Positions 58,506-64,000 of a DNA stretch of 64,000 nt are shown here, piece after piece. A model generated the notes under the pieces. It did no database searches, was not told the DNA's origin, and worked only from the letters and a program-made list of their open reading frames with translations. The stretch's first letter is position 1. The number at the start of each line of letters is the position of its first letter. Location of the stretch: positions 416,001 through 480,000 of the forward strand of contig CBDBLV010000004.1 in NCBI GenBank assembly GCA_965207225.1. Direction: 5' to 3'. Source of the stretch: Dehalococcoidia bacterium. Lineage in GTDB: Bacteria; Chloroflexota; Dehalococcoidia; Plut-88900. Both the position numbers and the translations under genes were made by a program.

Positions 58506-59594
58506 ATGGCTCCCGACTCCTGGCGCTACATCCTTCACGCAGACCTCGACGCCTTTTACGCTTCCGTCGAGCAAATGGACAACCCCGAATACAAGGGAAA
58601 GCCCTTGGTGGTCGGCGGCTCACCCACTGTTCGCGGTGTTGTGGCTGCAGCCTCCTACGAGGCCCGTGAATTCGGCATCCGATCCGCCATGCCCATGCGT
58701 ACCGCCGTGCGTCTTCACCCTCCCGTCATACGCGTCTCACCCCGTTTCGACCGCTACCGGGAGCTCTCCGAACAAGTCATGGCCGTCTACCGGGCTCTGA
58801 CTCCCCTCGTAGAGCCCCTCTCCCTTGACGAGGCCTACCTGGACATCAGCCAGAAGGCGCCCCGAGGTTTTGTCCAGCGTACGGCGGCCAAGCTGAAGAC
58901 GGACGTCCGAAATACTACTGGCCTCCCCGTCACCGTTGGGGGCGGAATCTCCAAGACCGTGGCAAAGATAGCTTCCCAGCTCGGCAAGCCCGATGGCCTC
59001 CTCTTGGTCAGGCCCGGCGAAGAGCAGGACTTCCTCAGACCCCTTGATGTGGGTCTGCTCTGGGGTGTCGGAGAAAAGTCCGCTGAGCTGCTGCGCCGCT
59101 ACGGAATCGACACCATTGGTGACCTTGCCGACCGCAAGGCAGCCTGGCTGAGCCATACTTTTGGCAAGCGCGGCCCCGAGCTCAAGGCCCGGGCGCTGGG
59201 CATCGACCACGAACCCGTCGTTCCTTCCAGAGAGACCAAGTCGGTCAGTTCGGAGACTACTTTTCCCAACGATGTGGGCGACCTTGATCATTTGGAAGGC
59301 ATCCTGCTGGACCTATCGCAGGAAGTAAGTGACAGGCTTAGAAAGGATGGACTGCGGGGACGGACCGTATCAATCAAGCTCCGTCTAGCCGACTTCACCA
59401 CTTTCACCCGACAGCAGACCCTACAGGCAACCGTAGACGATACTGACGATATTTTTCGCGCCGCCCGGGTCCTCCTCCGCCGAGAAATGAAACCGGGCCT
59501 CGAGTTCAGGCTCCTAGGGGTAGGGGTCTCGGGATTCCAGGATTTTGGCCAGCTTCCATTATTTCCGATCGGCGAAGGCGAAGTCGATCCCTGA
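58506..59594 (+). CDS. dinB: DNA polymerase IV
   Basis: HADLDAFYASVE, SYEAR, SLDEAYLD and KPDG motifs. Confidence 0.96.
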   Translation: MAPDSWRYILHADLDAFYASVEQMDNPEYKGKPLVVGGSPTVRGVVAAASYEAREFGIRSAMPMRTAVRLHPPVIRVSPRFDRYRELSEQVMAVYRALTPLVEPLSLDEAYLDISQKAPRGFVQRTAAKLKTDVRNTTGLPVTVGGGISKTVAKIASQLGKPDGLLLVRPGEEQDFLRPLDVGLLWGVGEKSAELLRRYGIDTIGDLADRKAAWLSHTFGKRGPELKARALGIDHEPVVPSRETKSVSSETTFPNDVGDLDHLEGILLDLSQEVSDRLRKDGLRGRTVSIKLRLADFTTFTRQQTLQATVDDTDDIFRAARVLLRREMKPGLEFRLLGVGVSGFQDFGQLPLFPIGEGEVDP

Positions 59595-59661
59595 TCTCTG
59601 TTACCCTTCCTTCTACGATATAATCATTTCGTTCCTGGACCTCGTCACGGAGGATACTTTT

Positions 59662-60606
59662 ATGCAGTTCGGATGCACCCTTCCCAATCGTGGTGAACTT
59701 ACGTCTGCCGAGAATCTGAAGCTCATGGCCCAGACCGCCGAAAAAAACGGCTACGATTCCGTGTGGGTCAGCGACCATATTGTCATCCCCACCAACATCG
59801 CTCCCCTCTACCCTTATAGTGATTCCGGTGAAATGCCCTTTGAGGGCGACACCCCTTACTGTGAACCCCTTACGACGCTCGCATATCTTGGTGGCGTAAC
59901 CAACTCTGTCCGGCTGGGAACCCATGTCCTTGTCCTTCCTTACCGCAACCCCGTTCTGGCGGCCAAAATGGTCTCGACATTGGACTTCCTGACCGGCGGA
60001 CGGATGATCCTCGGCATCGGCGCAGGTTGGATGGAGGAGGAGTTTGAAGCCCTTGACTCCCCTCCCTTCGAAGAACGAGGTCGCGTGACGGATGAATATA
60101 TTGCCCTCTTCCGCGAGCTCTGGACTAACCCCTTCCCCGAGTTCAAGGGCCGGTTCGCTCACGCTTCCGGATACAACTTCTCTCCCAGACCCGTTCAACA
60201 TGACGGCATCCCTATATGGGTCGGGGGGCACAGCGGCCCGGCCATAAGACGTACCGCCAAACTGGGCGACGCCTGGCTGCCCATAGGCCTTCGCGGCACC
60301 GCGGGCCTTGAACCCGATGAACTGAAGGGGAAAATCCATCTTCTCGGCTCCCTAGCGGAGAAGGCAGGTCGGAACCCAGCTTCCATATCCGTCTGCTTCA
60401 GCACCGACCTCGGTTTTGACTATGGCGGAGGCGATGCCGGACGCCGCACCCTTTCCGGGTCCGACGAGCAAATCGCCGAGGACATTCGCCGCTACGCCGA
60501 TGTGGGCGTTGACTATTTCCTCTTCTCCTACAGGTCGGGTTCCATAAGCGAAGCCCTGGAATCCATGGAACGGTTCGCCTCCGATATCAAACCCCTGGTC
60601 GCATGA
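59662..60606 (+). CDS. LLM-class F420-dependent oxidoreductase
   Basis: GYDSVWVSDH and LPYRNPVLAAK motifs; GGAGG RBS before ATG 59662. Confidence 0.92.
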   Translation: MQFGCTLPNRGELTSAENLKLMAQTAEKNGYDSVWVSDHIVIPTNIAPLYPYSDSGEMPFEGDTPYCEPLTTLAYLGGVTNSVRLGTHVLVLPYRNPVLAAKMVSTLDFLTGGRMILGIGAGWMEEEFEALDSPPFEERGRVTDEYIALFRELWTNPFPEFKGRFAHASGYNFSPRPVQHDGIPIWVGGHSGPAIRRTAKLGDAWLPIGLRGTAGLEPDELKGKIHLLGSLAEKAGRNPASISVCFSTDLGFDYGGGDAGRRTLSGSDEQIAEDIRRYADVGVDYFLFSYRSGSISEALESMERFASDIKPLVA

Positions 60607-60634
60607 TCTTTCCCCTTCCCATTCAGGGTCTCCC

Positions 60635-61273
60635 GTGAGCGTGGACCCGACCCGATTCGACCTCCAGCGCATCCACACCGCCCGAGACGTCAATGAGCTC
60701 TCCGAGCGCTACGATCAAATGGCGGAGAAGTATGACGAGTCCCTCGGAGGTGAATGGGGCTGGACATCCCCCGAATACACTGCCGAAGTCCTCTCTCGGT
60801 ACGCCACACCCGACGCCCGAGTCCTCGACGCGGGCGCAGGCACCGGCCTCGTCGGGGAATGTCTCTTCAGACGCGGCTACCGGGACCTTTTCGGTATTGA
60901 CATGGCCCACCAGATGATGAAGCAAGCCATCCCCAAGAATGTATACCGGGGCCTCTACCGCGTCGAGCTGGGAAACCCTCTGCCATTCCACTCCAACCAG
61001 TTCGACGCCGTAATCTCCGTCGGCACCATGGCCATGGGTCACGCTCCCGCCAGCTGTCTCGAAGAGCTGGTCCGCGTCACCCGGCCTGGTGGTCACATCG
61101 CCTACACCCTAAGGCCAGTCGTCTACGCTCACATGGGATTCAAGGACGTTCAGGACATCCTGGTGGCCCGAGGCGAGTGGAAGTTCCTTGATAAGACTCT
61201 ACCCTTTGCCCCCATGCCCAAGAAAGCCCCAGACTTCTATTACGAAGTCTGGGTCTTCCAGGTCACCGGATAG
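60635..61273 (+). CDS. Class I SAM-dependent methyltransferase
   Basis: VLDAGAGTGLVG, FDAVISVG and RPGG motifs. Confidence 0.92.
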   Translation: MSVDPTRFDLQRIHTARDVNELSERYDQMAEKYDESLGGEWGWTSPEYTAEVLSRYATPDARVLDAGAGTGLVGECLFRRGYRDLFGIDMAHQMMKQAIPKNVYRGLYRVELGNPLPFHSNQFDAVISVGTMAMGHAPASCLEELVRVTRPGGHIAYTLRPVVYAHMGFKDVQDILVARGEWKFLDKTLPFAPMPKKAPDFYYEVWVFQVTG

Positions 61274-61279
61274 TTTCCG

Positions 61280-62959
61280 CTACCCGGTAATGCGAAGAGT
61301 CCTTAGCCTGTTAATCGCCGCCGCCAACTCCTGGGGACGAAAGTATGCCAGGTTCCCCGGATGGGGCCTCGACGCCAGTGCGTCCAGCCCCGACTCCCCG
61401 ATCACCCTCTCCACCTCATCGATAATCACCTTGATATCCCCACCCCCCACCCTCACCCGCGCCGCCATCGCCTGTCCGATCGCCTCCACTTGCCCGTGCT
61501 CCACCAGCTGCTCAACCGCCGTCAGATCGATGTCATTCTCTCCGTAGGTCAGGGTCTTCAACCCCCGAGGCCGCGTGTAAGAAGGCCGACGACCCTTTGC
61601 CGGGTCCAGGGACCCGGACACCGGCCTCCTCCTCAACGACGGCGAAAAACCCCCTACCCGCGCCCCTTGTCTACCCGTCGGATAAGACCGGGCCACCTCC
61701 CTGGCCTCCTCCGTTGAGTCCACCGGGACGTATTCCACCATCGATATCACCGTGTCCGCCACGTCGAAATAGTCCCCGGCCCCTCCCATCACCAGCACCG
61801 TCGATACTCCATGCTCCTCGTACATCTGCCGAACCCTGTCCAGGAAAGGCGTAATCGGCTCATGCTGCCTGGCAATCAGGGCCTCCATTCGCCGGTCCCG
61901 GATCATGAAGTTCGTCGCCGAGGAGTCCTCGTCCAGCAACAGGGTTCTACACCCCGACTCCAGCGCTTCGATGATGTTTGCCGCCTGGGATGTGGCGCCA
62001 CTCGCGTTTGGTGTACTGAACGCCCTAGTGTCCAGGCCTCCCGGCAGCCCCGAGATGAAGGGTGAAATATCCACACCAGCCACGCCCCTCCCATCTTCTG
62101 CCCTTATCTTCACCGCCGTCGGGTCCGTTACAACCAGTTCCCGACCGTCTCCAGGCACGTGGTTGTATACACCTCTTTCCAGCGCCCTCAAGAGCGTCGA
62201 CTTGCCGTGAAACCCACCCCCGACTATCAGGGTCACACCTTTCGGGACCCCCATTCCCGTCACCCGGCCTCTGTTCGGAATCGTGAACTCCGTCCGTAAA
62301 CTCTCCGGAGACTCGAACGGTATCCCCCCAACCAGGGGCCCGGGCTCCACACCGCTCTTTCTAGGTAAGATGCTCTCGTCTGCCACGAACGCTACTAACC
62401 CAGCCTCATCCAGCATCCCTCTCAACTCATCTGCGTCCTCTGCAGCCAGCACGTGGCTTGCCACTGCATTACCATCGACTCTCTCAAATAGGAGCGACGC
62501 GTGCACTGCCGCCGTTAGACGTCTGACCAGGATATCCTCCGCCTCCCGACCCAAGACCCGCCTCCCGGCCGCCGGCAATTGCACAAGGAACCGTATTTCA
62601 ACCGACTCCTCGTCCACCAGCACGGCGCTGCGCTCCAGCATCTCCTGCCCTGGCAGTGTTGCAGGTCTCATCCCCCCGTCCCGAGTCGCCACCTTCCTCA
62701 AGACCTCTATCCAGGACCTCAGCATCCAATCCCTCAATGCTATTTCTCGAGAACGGTTCTGGAAAAGTTGTTTAGGAAACCGAGCTGTTCTCTGGGGGAT
62801 CCTGACGTGCACCCGACTCGGGGATGCGTAGGGGTCCCCTTGTACGTGGTCGATGTTCAATGTGAACACGTCGAACGCGAACCGTTGGCCGCTTAACTCC
62901 TTGTAAGCGCCATAGCCCCGCCCGTCGATCTGCCTCAGTATTGCCCTGAGTCTCTCCAT
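61280..62959 (-). CDS. Predicted ABC-class ATPase (ABC_ATPase family)
   Basis: VQGDPYASPS, GGGFHGKST, ASGATSQAA and DEDSSATNFMIRD motifs. Confidence 0.9.
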   Translation of the reverse strand: MERLRAILRQIDGRGYGAYKELSGQRFAFDVFTLNIDHVQGDPYASPSRVHVRIPQRTARFPKQLFQNRSREIALRDWMLRSWIEVLRKVATRDGGMRPATLPGQEMLERSAVLVDEESVEIRFLVQLPAAGRRVLGREAEDILVRRLTAAVHASLLFERVDGNAVASHVLAAEDADELRGMLDEAGLVAFVADESILPRKSGVEPGPLVGGIPFESPESLRTEFTIPNRGRVTGMGVPKGVTLIVGGGFHGKSTLLRALERGVYNHVPGDGRELVVTDPTAVKIRAEDGRGVAGVDISPFISGLPGGLDTRAFSTPNASGATSQAANIIEALESGCRTLLLDEDSSATNFMIRDRRMEALIARQHEPITPFLDRVRQMYEEHGVSTVLVMGGAGDYFDVADTVISMVEYVPVDSTEEAREVARSYPTGRQGARVGGFSPSLRRRPVSGSLDPAKGRRPSYTRPRGLKTLTYGENDIDLTAVEQLVEHGQVEAIGQAMAARVRVGGGDIKVIIDEVERVIGESGLDALASRPHPGNLAYFRPQELAAAINRLRTLRITG

Positions 62960-63077
62960 CTCTACACAATCACCCGTCTTTCATTTCCACCTAAAATGTG
63001 AGAAAACTATATCAGCCACTGAGGCGACTCCGAAAGACTGCCCCCTCCCACCAATCATCCCCCATCAAGGAGCCAAC

Positions 63078-64000
63078 ATGGAAACCGGCCCCGCCCGACA
63101 ACTCCCCAACACCGTCATCCCAGAAAAATACCGCCTTTTCCTCACCCCCGACCTTCAAGACTTCACCTTCGAGGGACATGTCGAAATTGATGTAAATGTC
63201 AATTCTGCCACCACTGAAATAGTCCTCAACGCCGCCGAACTCACCCTCCATGAGGCCTCTATCACCCAGGGCGACACCCGAATACCCGCCTCATCTATTG
63301 CCACCGACGAGGATGCCGAGACCGCTACCATCAACCTCTCATCGGAGGCCGTACCGGGCCCCGCCAACCTCACCATCTCATACCAAGGCATCCTCAACGA
63401 CCAGCTCAAGGGCTTCTATCGCAGCCGCTACCAGGATACTGAAGGCAACGAGCAGTACCTGGCCACCACTCAGTTCGAATCCACCGACGCCCGTCGGGCC
63501 CTCCCTTGCTGGGACGAGCCTGCCCTTAAGGCAACATTCCAGGTCTCTATGACCGTTCCTTCCCACCTCACCGCCGTCTCCAACACCCCGGTTATCGACG
63601 AGTCCGACGCCGGCAATGACCTCAAGACCATCCATTTCGCCGAGACGCCTCGCATGTCCACCTATCTCCTCGCCTTCGTCGTCGGGGACCTGGCCTGCGT
63701 CGAAGAGACGGCGCCCAACGGCACCCTGATGCGTGTCTTCGCCACCCGGGGCAACGAGCACCTCGGCCGGTTCGCCCTAGACACCGCTCTCCGGCTCCTT
63801 GAGTACTACAACGACTACTTCGGCATCCCCTATCCCCTCGAAAAGCTCGACCACTTCGCCATCCCCGACTTCGCAGCCGGCGCTATGGAGAACTGGGGTG
63901 CCATCACCTACCGGGAGGTGGCCCTGCTATTCGATCCCGAAAACTCCGCCGCCCCGACCCGGCAGCGCATCGTCGAGATTATCGCCCACGAAATGGCCCA
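63078..64000 (+). CDS. pepN: M1 family aminopeptidase, 3'-partial
   Basis: ATG 63078 after AAGGAG; TQFESTDARRALPCWDEP, GAMENWG and HEMAH at the window edge; absent from the ORF track because it has no stop. Confidence 0.92.
   Translation, partial: METGPARQLPNTVIPEKYRLFLTPDLQDFTFEGHVEIDVNVNSATTEIVLNAAELTLHEASITQGDTRIPASSIATDEDAETATINLSSEAVPGPANLTISYQGILNDQLKGFYRSRYQDTEGNEQYLATTQFESTDARRALPCWDEPALKATFQVSMTVPSHLTAVSNTPVIDESDAGNDLKTIHFAETPRMSTYLLAFVVGDLACVEETAPNGTLMRVFATRGNEHLGRFALDTALRLLEYYNDYFGIPYPLEKLDHFAIPDFAAGAMENWGAITYREVALLFDPENSAAPTRQRIVEIIAHEMA

Overview
High-GC bacterial chromosome segment. The gene content points to Chloroflexota, Dehalococcoidia of the SAR202 type (inference): six luciferase-like monooxygenases, class I and III CoA-transferases, TPP enzymes, amidohydrolases and SDRs. 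It is mostly catabolic genes plus housekeeping genes (tatAC, rpsT, rel, dinB, DEAD-box helicase, pepN). It also holds two type II toxin-antitoxin pairs, an intact IS481 inserted in the loop of a palindromic repeat, a phage terminase relic, modular REP-like repeat clusters and a frameshifted tandem amidohydrolase duplicate. The most notable feature is an ORF-free unit at about 27200-27660 behind its own sigma70-type promoter. Its 330-nt core is closed by a perfect 15-bp stem and holds about 9 hairpins joined mostly by (U)CU linkers, making it a candidate undescribed large structured ncRNA. The DEAD-box helicase appears to need a non-canonical (ATC) start codon. No CRISPR array, tRNA or rRNA was seen. 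All calls come from manual motif reading; no searches were run.
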